IMG/VR virus record: IMGVR_UViG_3300046328_000056 | Coordinates: 2,297-66,296 of that record | Direction: 5' to 3' (one strand) | DNA length: 64,000 nt | Source: a virus | Part shown: piece after piece, positions 1-8,517 of the stretch | How positions within the stretch are numbered: the first letter of the stretch is position 1 | Layout of the letters: every line of letters starts with the position of its first letter | Notes under the pieces: model-generated | What the model saw: the letters and a program-made list of their open reading frames with translations, nothing else | Told to the model about the DNA's origin: nothing | Databases searched by the model: none | Made by a program: the position numbers and the translations under genes

Positions 1-789
1 TTGCTTCTCAACGTCGTCCAACTCGTAGGATGGCTCGCCCAGCTCTACGTCCATGTAGAACCCAGCCTCCATCAGCTTGGTCATCTCGTTCTCGGTCTTA
101 CGCATGACATGCGTGACCCGCTCCGCAGACTCCAGATTGGACGCGCCATAGGGAACGACGATGTCCTCGGCTGGAATAAATACAGCAGCTTGGCGTCCTT
201 TGCTTGGGTCGTAGTAAACCTTCTTGAACGCTGAGCCCGTGATGGGCAGGTTCCACAACATCTTCTCGTGCTCTGGCCGGTACTCGACCATCACTTCAGT
301 CAGTTGATAGTTCATGTCCTCGCGCACGCGAGCGGCGGCTTCTTCACGCAGCACGTCGATGGCCCCAACGATCTGGGTCTTGACTGGCCCCATTGCTGGG
401 AACGTCTCCATCATCGCCTCTGACTGGAAGCGCACAACTGACTCGGTGAGCATCGGGTGGAACACGCCACACGCACCCTGCCAAGGCTCAGTCCGATCTT
501 CGTACTTCAAGCCCAGCAGCTTCAGCCCGTCTACATACGTCTGAATCCAGTCGCGTCGGTCTTGGGTGTCCTTACCAAAATCTTCAACTAGGTCCATACC
601 CAGTGACTGCAAGTCACCGTCGTCCATGAACTCGGCCAAGTTAGCATCGAACTCCTCGGCTGTGCCCTTGGTCTCTTCCTCCACCACCTCGCCATCGTCC
701 TCGGGCTCCAGCTCCAACTCGATTTCGATCTCGGGTTCTTGGGTCAAGTCGGAGATGCCAACGGGGGCTGCGTATAAACCTTTTTCCAT
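1..789 (-). CDS. Portal protein, N-terminal part (runs off window start)
   Basis: Not in the ORF track. Hand translation from ATG 789 (SD AAGGA): MEKGLYAAPVG...RRDWIQTYVDGLKLLGLKYEDRTEPWQGACGVFHPMLTESVVRFQSEAMMETFPAMGPVKT...GSAFKKVYYD. Lies directly after terL and resembles P22-like portals. Confidence 0.85.
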   Translation of the reverse strand, partial: MEKGLYAAPVGISDLTQEPEIEIELELEPEDDGEVVEEETKGTAEEFDANLAEFMDDGDLQSLGMDLVEDFGKDTQDRRDWIQTYVDGLKLLGLKYEDRTEPWQGACGVFHPMLTESVVRFQSEAMMETFPAMGPVKTQIVGAIDVLREEAAARVREDMNYQLTEVMVEYRPEHEKMLWNLPITGSAFKKVYYDPSKGRQAAVFIPAEDIVVPYGASNLESAERVTHVMRKTENEMTKLMEAGFYMDVELGEPSYELDDVEKQ

Positions 790-798
790 GATGTGTCC

Positions 799-2319
799 TT
801 ACACTGTGTAGTACCGCTCTTTGCGGTGGCTTTTGAACCATTGAATCTCTTCGGGCTCGTCGGTGGGCAGACGTAAAAAGCCCCCAGCCCGGAATCTCAT
901 GAGGGCCAGAGTTGTTGCGTCAACCAAGTCATCGTGCTCGCCTGACGGGAACGCAGCAATCTCGTCCACTAACTCTTCAGCCCATCGTGTACGGGGAACC
1001 CATACTTTTCCAGACGCAATTATGTCCGAGACTGAGTTCAAGCGGGCGATTTTGTCCTGACCTTTTGACGGGGTGTAGTCCTGCACGGGTATGCCCATCG
1101 CACGTAGTTCATAGATCAGCGGCGCACCGGTCGCCTTCTTCTCGATCAACAGTCCGTCGGGCTCGTACATGTTGTACTCCTTGAGCACGTCGCGCTTCAG
1201 CTCCACCCACTCGACCCGCTTCTTGTACGTGTTGAGCAAGATGATGTTCTTGGTCTGGTCTTTGTGATGCGTGAAGATGCCCCACGTCGTCCCAGCGGAG
1301 TAGTCGGCCCGTTGGTTTTTCTCAAAGGCCGTGTCCCATGTCTGGAGGATGTATTCGCACTGGGGCGGGTCGTCCTCTTCCCACCACTGCCACCAATCGC
1401 GCTTGACAATCGCTGACTCGTTGCCCACTGGGTTCTGCTGGTACTGGGCTTGCCACTTACTATTAGGCAGTTCCTCCCGCAGGGCTTCCAATTCGTCGAA
1501 CGACCAGAACTCTGGCCACAGGGGGTTGCCACTAGGCAGGATGGCCGGGAACTCAATGACCTCCCACTCCTCGCCACTGCGTGCAGCCGCTGCTTTAATC
1601 ACTTGGCCGGTCAGATCGCGCTGAGCCCAGCGCGTCATCACGATCACAATCGCCCCACCCGGCTGCAAACGCTGCCGGGGTCCGGATGTGTACCATTCAT
1701 ACACCTTGTCATACACATCGGGGTTGGTAGCCGCCATCGCAGCCTCTTGTTCCGAGTGCGGGTCATCAATAATCAGCACGTCCGCACCTTTACCGGTCAC
1801 CGCACCGCCCACACCAATAGCGAAATAGTCGCCGCCCTTGGATGTGTTCCACCGGCCAGCCGCTTTTGAGTCACTTTGCAGGTTCAGGTCGGGGAAAATG
1901 TCGTGATAGACCTCGGAATCGACCAAATTTCGCACTTTTCGACCGAAACCCACCGCCAATTCAGCAGTGTGGGACGCCTGAATCACTTTTTTGTGTGGAA
2001 ATTGGCCCAAAAACCAAGCCGGGAGCAGGTAGGACGCGAATTCTGACTTCGTATGGCGGGGTGGCATGTTGATGATGAGCCGTTTGCACTCACCTCTGGC
2101 CACTCGCTCGAACGCTTCAGCCATTCTCTTGTGGTGACGGCCTGAAATGAAGGTCGGCCAGACCTTTTCCACGAACTTGATGAACCTCGTCTGGCAAAGC
2201 TCACGGTCTTTGAGCTTCTCCAACTTGGTTAGCTGTGCTTCAAGAGTACGAAGATCGGAGTCTGTCAGCTTCCCCGAGTTAATCAGGGTCTCGATGTCCT
2301 TGAGTGAGACGTCACTCAT
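799..2319 (-). CDS. terL: Terminase large subunit
   Basis: Walker A-like NMPPRHTKS, Walker B LIIDDPH, motif III VMTRW, RNase H-like nuclease QTWDTA and HDDLVDA. Confidence 0.95.
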   Translation of the reverse strand: MSDVSLKDIETLINSGKLTDSDLRTLEAQLTKLEKLKDRELCQTRFIKFVEKVWPTFISGRHHKRMAEAFERVARGECKRLIINMPPRHTKSEFASYLLPAWFLGQFPHKKVIQASHTAELAVGFGRKVRNLVDSEVYHDIFPDLNLQSDSKAAGRWNTSKGGDYFAIGVGGAVTGKGADVLIIDDPHSEQEAAMAATNPDVYDKVYEWYTSGPRQRLQPGGAIVIVMTRWAQRDLTGQVIKAAAARSGEEWEVIEFPAILPSGNPLWPEFWSFDELEALREELPNSKWQAQYQQNPVGNESAIVKRDWWQWWEEDDPPQCEYILQTWDTAFEKNQRADYSAGTTWGIFTHHKDQTKNIILLNTYKKRVEWVELKRDVLKEYNMYEPDGLLIEKKATGAPLIYELRAMGIPVQDYTPSKGQDKIARLNSVSDIIASGKVWVPRTRWAEELVDEIAAFPSGEHDDLVDATTLALMRFRAGGFLRLPTDEPEEIQWFKSHRKERYYTV

Positions 2320-2914
2320 CGGTTTCTACCTCGGAATCCGAGGTACGTTTTGTTTGTTCCACTGGCTCGACTGGCCCCAACTGCATTTCCAGATCATCAA
2401 TGGGTTTGACATCAATGACTTCCGCATTGAGCAGCCGCTTGACCCGCTCTTTAATAGAGTCTTCCAGCGCACTGGAGGTTGTGTGGTGAACCGTGATCTC
2501 GCTGCGTTCGGTGAAAAGGCCGATGTCTGAGTGCTTGCCCAGCAGTTCGAGCGCCTTCAATTCAATCTTCGGGTCGCCGTTGTCGGCCAGCTCAATGAGC
2601 TTGTTTGTTATGAAATTGCGGGCTTGGAGCGCATCCGAGAACGCTTGGAAGTCAAAGCGCTTGACCAAATGGTGAGCCGCCGCAGCTTCTGCTGACTTAG
2701 AAATAGTCTTGGGTGTCTGGGGTTTGCCTGCGCCTGTGATGAGATCAGCAGCTTTAGTCAGGTCGCCTTCGCCGAAATCTATGCTTGGGCCGAGTGCATC
2801 AATGAGGTCTACGGTGTTGACAGCGATGGCTATGCTATCCGCATGAGTCTTGGGTTGCTCATCGGTCAGGTCAAAGGGAACAGGGTGTTCCGTCGTAGGC
2901 TCAATTTGAATCAT
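2312..2914 (-). CDS. Probable terminase small subunit
   Basis: Directly upstream of and overlapping terL. C-terminal KALELLGKHSDIGLFTER resembles TerS tails. Start set at ATG 2914; the longer track ORF runs into the control region. Confidence 0.6.
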   Translation of the reverse strand: MIQIEPTTEHPVPFDLTDEQPKTHADSIAIAVNTVDLIDALGPSIDFGEGDLTKAADLITGAGKPQTPKTISKSAEAAAAHHLVKRFDFQAFSDALQARNFITNKLIELADNGDPKIELKALELLGKHSDIGLFTERSEITVHHTTSSALEDSIKERVKRLLNAEVIDVKPIDDLEMQLGPVEPVEQTKRTSDSEVETDE

Positions 2915-2943
2915 AGGCACCAAAGTAAATTGGGAGTGGGCGA

Positions 2944-2987
2944 AATGTAGCAGAAAAAATTTATACATGACAACTCCCTCATGTATA
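2944..2987 (-). promoter_or_regulatory. Putative leftward (late) sigma70 promoter overlapped by an inverted repeat
   Basis: Minus strand TTGTCA (2973-2968), 18 nt, TGC-TACATT (2949-2944). IR TATACATGA-N8-TCATGTATA at 2962-2987. Confidence 0.45.
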
Positions 2988-3248
2988 GAAAATTGCAAAA
3001 TTTTTATACGACACCTTTTGGGTCCCTTGACGGGGGGTGTTTTGGAAAATGGAAATACACCGGGGGTGTAGAAAAAAGTAATAGGGGTAGGGGGGTAAAG
3101 TTGAAAAATGCGGATCGGGTGTGCGACACAGTGTGTATGGGGTCCCCACCTCCCCTTGCTGAGAATCGGGGTGCATGGGGTCTGTCTCGGCGCTCGGTCT
3201 AACATTGTTAGGCCATTCCCCCATATTTAATTTTTGTTTCCCCAAAAC

Positions 3249-3278
3249 TTGCATTATACCCTTATTTGGTGGTACAAT
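3249..3278 (+). promoter_or_regulatory. Early sigma70 promoter
   Basis: TTGCAT-N18-TACAAT with extended -10 TG, ahead of the first + strand gene. Confidence 0.65.
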
Positions 3279-3354
3279 ATAACCATGCAAACAAACAAGG
3301 TTGCATCCCGCTAGCGGGTTTGCTAGTAGTTAGAAAATCAGAAGGTATTTCAAA

Positions 3355-3828
3355 ATGACAAACTTAGTTATCACTCCTAACATTGTTACACTCGCCCAAC
3401 TGCGTTCCGATGTGGCAGACACAACGAAACGACAATATGGTGCGATCAAGGCTTACGCCATCCGCCTCTGCGATGAATTGCCCCTTGGATGGTATGAGGT
3501 AGAGCACAGTGACGTCACCGACGAAGCAAAGCCCACGTTAGCAGAAGCAACCGCGTTTCGCGCGGCACTCAAAGAAGCGGGACACTCTAACCCGTCGGTC
3601 ATGTGGACGCGCGTTCGCAATGAGGCACGAACACACATCGAAGGTGCACCGGAAAAGGGCGCGAATGCCAAGACTTCGATTCAGCTCAGAATGATAACTG
3701 ACTTGACTAAGCTCTATCGTGCGGGTAAACGTGAGGAAGGTCTCAGCACTGCCCAAGCAAACGCCATGACCCATATTGCCTCTGCGTTAACTGCTCTTAA
3801 TGTTGACCTGAGCATGATTGTTAAGTAA
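3355..3828 (+). CDS. Hypothetical early protein
   Basis: 157-aa ORF, SD GAAGG, between a promoter and a terminator. Confidence 0.75.
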   Translation: MTNLVITPNIVTLAQLRSDVADTTKRQYGAIKAYAIRLCDELPLGWYEVEHSDVTDEAKPTLAEATAFRAALKEAGHSNPSVMWTRVRNEARTHIEGAPEKGANAKTSIQLRMITDLTKLYRAGKREEGLSTAQANAMTHIASALTALNVDLSMIVK

Positions 3829-3872
3829 TCCAAGAGCCTAGGGTAAACCCCTAGGCTTTCTCTCGTACCCGT

Positions 3873-3896
3873 AGCCCGCTTCGTGCGGGCTTTTTT
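3873..3896 (+). terminator. Rho-independent terminator
   Basis: AGCCCGC-TTCGT-GCGGGCT followed by a T run; a second hairpin AGCCTAGGG...CCCTAGGCT lies just upstream. Confidence 0.8.
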
Positions 3897-3948
3897 GCGT
3901 CTGCACGAACTTGTTCGGGCAGTCGAACCTTGCCTAACATTGTTAGGC

Positions 3949-4500
3949 TTTGTTACGTTTCGGTAATGTTACGTTTCAGTGCGAAGTCGGGACCTGCACC
4001 AGTTCTTCGGGCGGACGTAGCCACCGGTGATAGACTGCACGCAGTCTATCAGTTTTTTCGCCGCTTGTCAAGCCCTTCATGCACCAGTTCTTCGGGTGGG
4101 CGTAGCGACCAAGCCTAACATTGTTATGGTTTCGGGCTTGTATTGTTACGTTTTTTGGCTTTGTTACGTTTTCGGGTGTCTTTGTTATACCACACATCGC
4201 TGTAAGTCCTTGATTCATAAGCAATGTTACATGTTACGTTTTTTTCGGGAAAAATATGAAAACCTGTCAAGTAGCGGAAGGCTCACCAAGTGCGAAACAA
4301 ACGTGGTCTGCGCAAAAACCAAAATTTTCCCCCCGCACTCTTTTTTTAATTATTTCATAACTTTACTACAATACATATCTTTCTCTATCTTTTTTCCTTT
4401 CCAACCCCTATATTTGTTGGACTCCCTTATGTTACGCCACTGTCCAAAAAAACGTAACAAATGGCCCTTTTTTTGTAACAAAGCCAAAAAACGTAACAAA
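3949..4500. other. Putative replication origin / iteron region
   Basis: TGTTACGTTT at 3951, 3967, 4144, 4162, 4232; inverted AAACGTAACA at 4450, 4489; perfect 25-bp IR 4143-4167/4475-4499; AT-rich core about 4340-4400; IHF consensus at 4203-4215. Confidence 0.55.
4203..4215 (-). promoter_or_regulatory. IHF consensus site
   Basis: TAAGTCCTTGATT; reverse complement AATCAAGGACTTA matches WATCAANNNNTTR exactly. Confidence 0.5.
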
Positions 4501-4509
4501 GCAAAACGC

Positions 4510-4538
4510 TTGCACCCATAACAATGTTATGTTACAAT
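4510..4538 (+). promoter_or_regulatory. Promoter of the RHH gene with the palindrome in its spacer
   Basis: TTGCAC-N17-TACAAT; the spacer contains CATAACAATGTTATG (4517-4531). Confidence 0.7.
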
Positions 4539-4564
4539 ACATGTCCAATCATCAGGAGTTCACC

Positions 4565-4987
4565 ATGAAACCAGTCCAATCCGTTCGCACCTCCAAAACC
4601 GTCTCTGTCACCGTATCCGCAAAACTCCACGCGCAAGTCGTAACATTTGCCCAACTGCGCCGCCTCTCAGTTTCGTCCGTGTTCAACCAAGCCCTGCTCG
4701 AATACCTCGACACCCGCACCTATCTGCGCACACCCGACATCCGCGAGATGCTCAAAGCCACCGACAACCAAGTACCCAAGCGAGACCACGCCCTCGTCGC
4801 CGCCATGAAACACGAGTCCGCTCGCACTGCGCTCGAAGCCCTAGCCCAAGAACAAGGCCACACAGTATCCGCGCTCATGCGCCGCGCACTGTATGAATAC
4901 ACCAAACCCGATGGCGCTACACCAATCGACCCGCTTACAACTGTTGACGCATGGGGAGACCAGCCTCGCACTTTGCCCAAGACTTGA
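4565..4987 (+). CDS. Tandem ribbon-helix-helix DNA-binding protein
   Basis: SD CAGGAG, ATG 4565. Two RHH-like units: KTVSVTVSAKLHAQVVTFAQLRRLSVSSVFNQALLEYL and ARTALEALAQEQGHTVSALMRRALYEYT. Confidence 0.7.
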   Translation: MKPVQSVRTSKTVSVTVSAKLHAQVVTFAQLRRLSVSSVFNQALLEYLDTRTYLRTPDIREMLKATDNQVPKRDHALVAAMKHESARTALEALAQEQGHTVSALMRRALYEYTKPDGATPIDPLTTVDAWGDQPRTLPKT

Positions 4988-4991
4988 TCGC

Positions 4992-5020
4992 TTGACTTAC
5001 ATGTAACATCGTGGTACAAT
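4992..5020 (+). promoter_or_regulatory. Early sigma70 promoter
   Basis: TTGACT-N17-TACAAT with extended -10 TG; shares GTGGTACAATATA with the promoter at 3249. Confidence 0.75.
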
Positions 5021-5113
5021 ATAGGTTGGAGGGGAAAAAACGTAACAAAGCCCCTTCAAACCCGCCCATAACAATGTTATGGCTCAAAATGTAACAAAGC
5101 AAAAGGTTAGAAG

Positions 5114-5317
5114 ATGATTACCAATGAGTTCGACACGCACGACGACAAGTACACCATCCGTTCATTCGGCAACGGTTGGGCATACGAGGTTATCCACAAT
5201 GCCACCAACGAAAGCCTGTGGTTCCAAGACCATGACGCAGACCAACTGCGCACCGACACCGCCAACTTCGAGGACACCTGTGCCCTTGACCAACACTTTG
5301 AATGCTTGGAGGGCTGA
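5114..5317 (+). CDS. Hypothetical protein
   Basis: 67-aa ORF, first gene after the promoter. Confidence 0.65.
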   Translation: MITNEFDTHDDKYTIRSFGNGWAYEVIHNATNESLWFQDHDADQLRTDTANFEDTCALDQHFECLEG

Positions 5318-5320
5318 GCC

Positions 5321-5482
5321 ATGACACCATTTCTTTACATCATCGGCACTGCGCTTGCCATTACTTTCACCCTGTTCGGTTGGGGTGGCGACGGCATCGT
5401 TCACAAACTCCTCCTCATCTTGGGGGGCCTGTACTTCGGCTTCATCATCACCGAAGCCCTCAACTATGACGAAACCAAATAA
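5321..5482 (+). CDS. Small two-TM membrane protein
   Basis: Hand translation MTPFLYIIGTALAITFTLFGWGGDGIVHKLLLILGGLYFGFIITEALNYDETK; SD GGAGGG. Confidence 0.6.
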   Translation: MTPFLYIIGTALAITFTLFGWGGDGIVHKLLLILGGLYFGFIITEALNYDETK

Positions 5483-5497
5483 CACAAGGGGATAACA

Positions 5498-5737
5498 ATG
5501 TTAGACAGCAACTGGAGAGAATGCACCGACTGCGGCGATGACGTCCACATCGAACGCTGGTCACTTGGCTACCGAGTCTGCCTATTCTGCGGCGAAGACC
5601 GCGCCAAGACCGAGCGCATGAGCTGGACTGTGATTCAAGAATACGGCAAGGGTAATTATCAGTTCGTTACACCTACTAACGCATTCGCAACACTCAAGAA
5701 CACTAACCAGAAGCACACCCGAGGAGAGATGACATGA
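5498..5737 (+). CDS. C4 zinc-finger protein, DksA/TraR-like finger
   Basis: CTDCGDDVHIERWSLGYRVCLFC; start codon lies inside the palindrome. Confidence 0.65.
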   Translation: MLDSNWRECTDCGDDVHIERWSLGYRVCLFCGEDRAKTERMSWTVIQEYGKGNYQFVTPTNAFATLKNTNQKHTRGEMT

Positions 5738-5898
5738 CAAGACAAACAACAAACAAACTGTGCGAGCTTGCCGAGGAGGGAGTGTTGTCGTGGGAGACCA
5801 TCGCCAAGGCTTGCCTTGTGTATATGAGCGAGGCCGATGTGAAAGACATGGCCGAGTGTGAGGGGTTCATTGAAGTTGAGGAGAGCAACGATGACTGA
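5734..5898 (+). CDS. Hypothetical acidic protein
   Basis: Hand translation MTRQTTNKLCELAEEGVLSWETIAKACLVYMSEADVKDMAECEGFIEVEESNDD; ATGA overlap with the previous gene. Confidence 0.6.
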   Translation: MTRQTTNKLCELAEEGVLSWETIAKACLVYMSEADVKDMAECEGFIEVEESNDD

Positions 5899-6064
5899 GC
5901 ACGACTACGAGAAAGCATTGAAGCTGATTGCGGCGGTGGAGATTGACCTGCGCCGATTCTTGATGCGCCCATCCGAGTACCAAGCAGAGTACTTGGAAGA
6001 CACCCACGCCTGTATCACCGAGGCGATGAGCTTGTTGAATGTCGAGCCAACCGAGGAGGCATAA
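5891..6064 (+). CDS. Hypothetical protein
   Basis: MTEHDYEK..., SD GAGGAG, tight gene packing. Confidence 0.6.
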   Translation: MTEHDYEKALKLIAAVEIDLRRFLMRPSEYQAEYLEDTHACITEAMSLLNVEPTEEA

Positions 6065-6066
6065 CA

Positions 6067-6255
6067 ATGTTAGACCAAACCATAACCATCGAAATCAAGG
6101 ACGTGTACGGACAGGCCAAGGTCTACCCAGTATGCGACCGAGCCAAGATATTCGCAGGCATCGCAGGGACAAAGACTCTGCTACCACCGGACATCGAGCG
6201 TATCCAGCTACTTGGGTACAAGGTAGCAATCAAACCACGGGAGTTGAGCGTATGA
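6067..6255 (+). CDS. Hypothetical protein
   Basis: 62 aa, SD GAGGAGG, ATG inside the palindrome. Confidence 0.7.
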   Translation: MLDQTITIEIKDVYGQAKVYPVCDRAKIFAGIAGTKTLLPPDIERIQLLGYKVAIKPRELSV

Positions 6256-6605
6256 AAACAAATGAACTGACAAGACACGCCCTTAACTGGGCGGTGGCAA
6301 AGTGTGAGGGCGTTGAGTTGTATTCAGGGCCGCGAGATAACAACCCTGCGTACAAAGCAAACTGGGTGCGGCGCAAACATGGTGATTTATATCAACCATC
6401 AACCGACTGGGCGCAAGGTGGGCCGATTATTGAGCGGGAGAAGATTGATGTGTTTTGTTCAGGTGTTGTATGGGATGCAAGCACAGGAGATAGACACCCA
6501 AATGTAGTTTGCGCAGGAAAGACACCACTCGAAGCCGCCATGCGGTGCTATGTGGCAAGCAAGCTCGGCGATGAAGTCGAGATACCAGAGGAGTTGAGCT
6601 TATGA
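6252..6605 (+). CDS. NinX/DUF2591-like protein
   Basis: ALNWAVAKCEG...YQPSTDWAQGGPIIEREKI...GKTPLEAAMRCYVASKLGDEVEIP. Confidence 0.75.
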   Translation: MKTNELTRHALNWAVAKCEGVELYSGPRDNNPAYKANWVRRKHGDLYQPSTDWAQGGPIIEREKIDVFCSGVVWDASTGDRHPNVVCAGKTPLEAAMRCYVASKLGDEVEIPEELSL

Positions 6606-6718
6606 CTGGCTGGCTTTGTTTCTTTGCGTGGATTTTTTCGCTGGGTGCTGAGACCCCAGTAGTTGTATCTGTGCTGACCTTCTTGGCATGGATGAATGAA
6701 ATACTGTGAGGTGAACAA

Positions 6719-6904
6719 ATGAGCGAAGGAATTCTTGTGAGAGGCAAGGATGGCAGGTTATGGATGCCAAGCGAGGAGTCCTTCAACACCCACGATTGTT
6801 GGAAAGATGCGGAAATCATCGCGCGTGGTGAATGGTGGGACTTGCACAAGATAAAAAATCTCGTGAATGACCAACGTGAATTGGAGGGTAACAATGTTAG
6901 CTAG
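6719..6904 (+). CDS. Hypothetical protein
   Basis: 61 aa, SD GAGGTG. Confidence 0.55.
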   Translation: MSEGILVRGKDGRLWMPSEESFNTHDCWKDAEIIARGEWWDLHKIKNLVNDQRELEGNNVS

Positions 6905-7055
6905 GTATTACGTAACAGGATGGTGCGACAGGTTCAGCCAGTGGGTTGCCGAGAGCATCGTAGCGAACAACATGAAGCTGGCAAAGGAGAGGTTCAAGAC
7001 TGCCAATCCATCGCTTAAGAAAATCAAGGCATACAAAACATTGGGAGGTGTGTGA
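6894..7055 (+). CDS. Hypothetical protein
   Basis: MLARYYVTGW..., SD GGAGGG, ATG inside the palindrome. Confidence 0.6.
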   Translation: MLARYYVTGWCDRFSQWVAESIVANNMKLAKERFKTANPSLKKIKAYKTLGGV

Positions 7056-7282
7056 TGACATATGCAACAGTAACGGTAGAGGCCGAGGTCGATGTGGACT
7101 TGTCACAGTTTGATACCTCTGACTTGCTTGAAGAACTGAAGGAACGAGGCAAGGAAGGGCTGACCTTTGCGGACAACGAAGTGCTGACCAAAGCATGGCT
7201 GGCTGACCGAGAGGGACGCAAGGACGAGGCTTACGCAATCCTGCGTGAGTACATGTTGGACAAACTTAACAAGGTGGTGTGA
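7052..7282 (+). CDS. Hypothetical protein
   Basis: 76 aa, SD GGAGGTG. Confidence 0.65.
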   Translation: MMTYATVTVEAEVDVDLSQFDTSDLLEELKERGKEGLTFADNEVLTKAWLADREGRKDEAYAILREYMLDKLNKVV

Positions 7283-8208
7283 TGGGATACGCAACAGTAA
7301 TGAATGTGCCAAGGATAATGAATCACAGGCACGCCAAGCAGGTATACGAGGTGGTCAAGCCGATTCGCGGGCGCTCGCCAGAGGTTCGACCATTGGGCAA
7401 CAGGCGCGATGCCGACACGTACCAAATACGTATGAATGGGGATGATGTTGAGCTGGTCTTGTACAAGACTCCCGTGGTGACGTTCAAACCCGATAACACC
7501 GTAGAGCTACGCACTGCGGGGTGGAGTACTGTAAGCACAAGGCAGTTCATCAGCCGAGTGTTAGGCATAGGCACGCATGGAGAGATTGGCGAGAGCATCG
7601 TGACCATCGGTGGGCGCAAGCACATCCTGCCAAGCGGGAACGAGTGCATGACTGTGCGCATGAACGACAAAGACCAATGGTGTTTAACGTCTGCTGTGCA
7701 AACCCATTTTGATTGGAAACTAAACCGTAAGGCCGCTAACAATGTTAGGGCTCGGTATGCGAAATTCATCGGCTACTTGGATGTCATCATGCGCCTACGC
7801 AAGGATGTGGAGGACGGTGGTATTGATGTTGCCTACGCCGAGTATGCCGAGGCGTTCGGAGAGCAGGAGAAGAAGAACTACTGGGGCAACGACACGTACA
7901 AGAGAGGTGGGCAGTGGGTGCGGGACGACATCACCTACGAAGAAGCAACCAATGCGTTCTTCAAGCTCATCACAAGCGGGGCGCACGATGACTTTTACAA
8001 GGCGTCGTTGATTCTGTTTGCGACAGCAGGTGGTGGGCAGATGAACATTGTCAGCGGGCGAGTCGTTCGCACACTGGAGAGCAGAGTGGACGACAGGCTG
8101 AACGAGGTGCTGTACAAATACCATTCGGACGAGGTGTTCGACAAGGTGGAGATGCCCGAGGGCAAGCTACCGAAGGGCAAGTACAAGAATTGGGTCAACA
8201 AGGAGTAA
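7279..8208 (+). CDS. Hypothetical protein
   Basis: 309-aa ORF in the early operon; contains a palindrome copy at 7736. Confidence 0.8.
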   Translation: MMGYATVMNVPRIMNHRHAKQVYEVVKPIRGRSPEVRPLGNRRDADTYQIRMNGDDVELVLYKTPVVTFKPDNTVELRTAGWSTVSTRQFISRVLGIGTHGEIGESIVTIGGRKHILPSGNECMTVRMNDKDQWCLTSAVQTHFDWKLNRKAANNVRARYAKFIGYLDVIMRLRKDVEDGGIDVAYAEYAEAFGEQEKKNYWGNDTYKRGGQWVRDDITYEEATNAFFKLITSGAHDDFYKASLILFATAGGGQMNIVSGRVVRTLESRVDDRLNEVLYKYHSDEVFDKVEMPEGKLPKGKYKNWVNKE

Positions 8209-8211
8209 GAC

Positions 8212-8397
8212 ATGATTGAGTTATCTATTGGAGAGATTGCATTGTTTGTCTGGGCCGCGATAGCTACTGGCTACGCGCTTAAGTACAAGCATGAAACCAA
8301 GATGGCTGAGTTCGTACTGCGCAAAGTCATTGAGGACAAGAAGGTGCGCGACGACTTGGTTGCGCGGTGGGAGGAGTTCAACTCGCACATTGGGTAG
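8212..8397 (+). CDS. Small membrane protein
   Basis: SD AAGGAG, N-terminal hydrophobic helix. Confidence 0.65.
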   Translation: MIELSIGEIALFVWAAIATGYALKYKHETKMAEFVLRKVIEDKKVRDDLVARWEEFNSHIG

Positions 8398-8408
8398 GAC
8401 TAGATGTC

Positions 8409-8437
8409 TTGACATATATGTAACATTGTGGTATACT
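8409..8437 (+). promoter_or_regulatory. Strong sigma70 promoter
   Basis: TTGACA-N17-TATACT with extended -10 TG; spacer has a partial palindrome TAACATTGT, and a full copy follows at 8485. Confidence 0.8.
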
Positions 8438-8517
8438 ATATGTTCAGTCAGAAATTTTTCGTGTGTTAGTTTTTTCAATCAGCCATAACAATGTTAGGCA
8501 CATCAGGAGTATCAGAA

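Noticed and set aside
2915-3290. Track ORFs extending terS to 3205 and ORF 2979-3290
   Set aside because: They cross promoter, inverted repeat and homopolymer tracts, and their composition is not protein-like.
3932-3948. The palindrome resembles integron attC core sites (RYYYAAC...GTTRRRY), suggesting a cassette array
   Set aside because: Only 3 nt separate the arms, with no L boxes or long stem; many copies lie inside genes; no integron integrase is in the window.
4027-4521. 164-aa ORF across the iteron region
   Set aside because: The translation is dominated by repeat-derived CYV/RNK and poly-Phe; it is better explained as non-coding.
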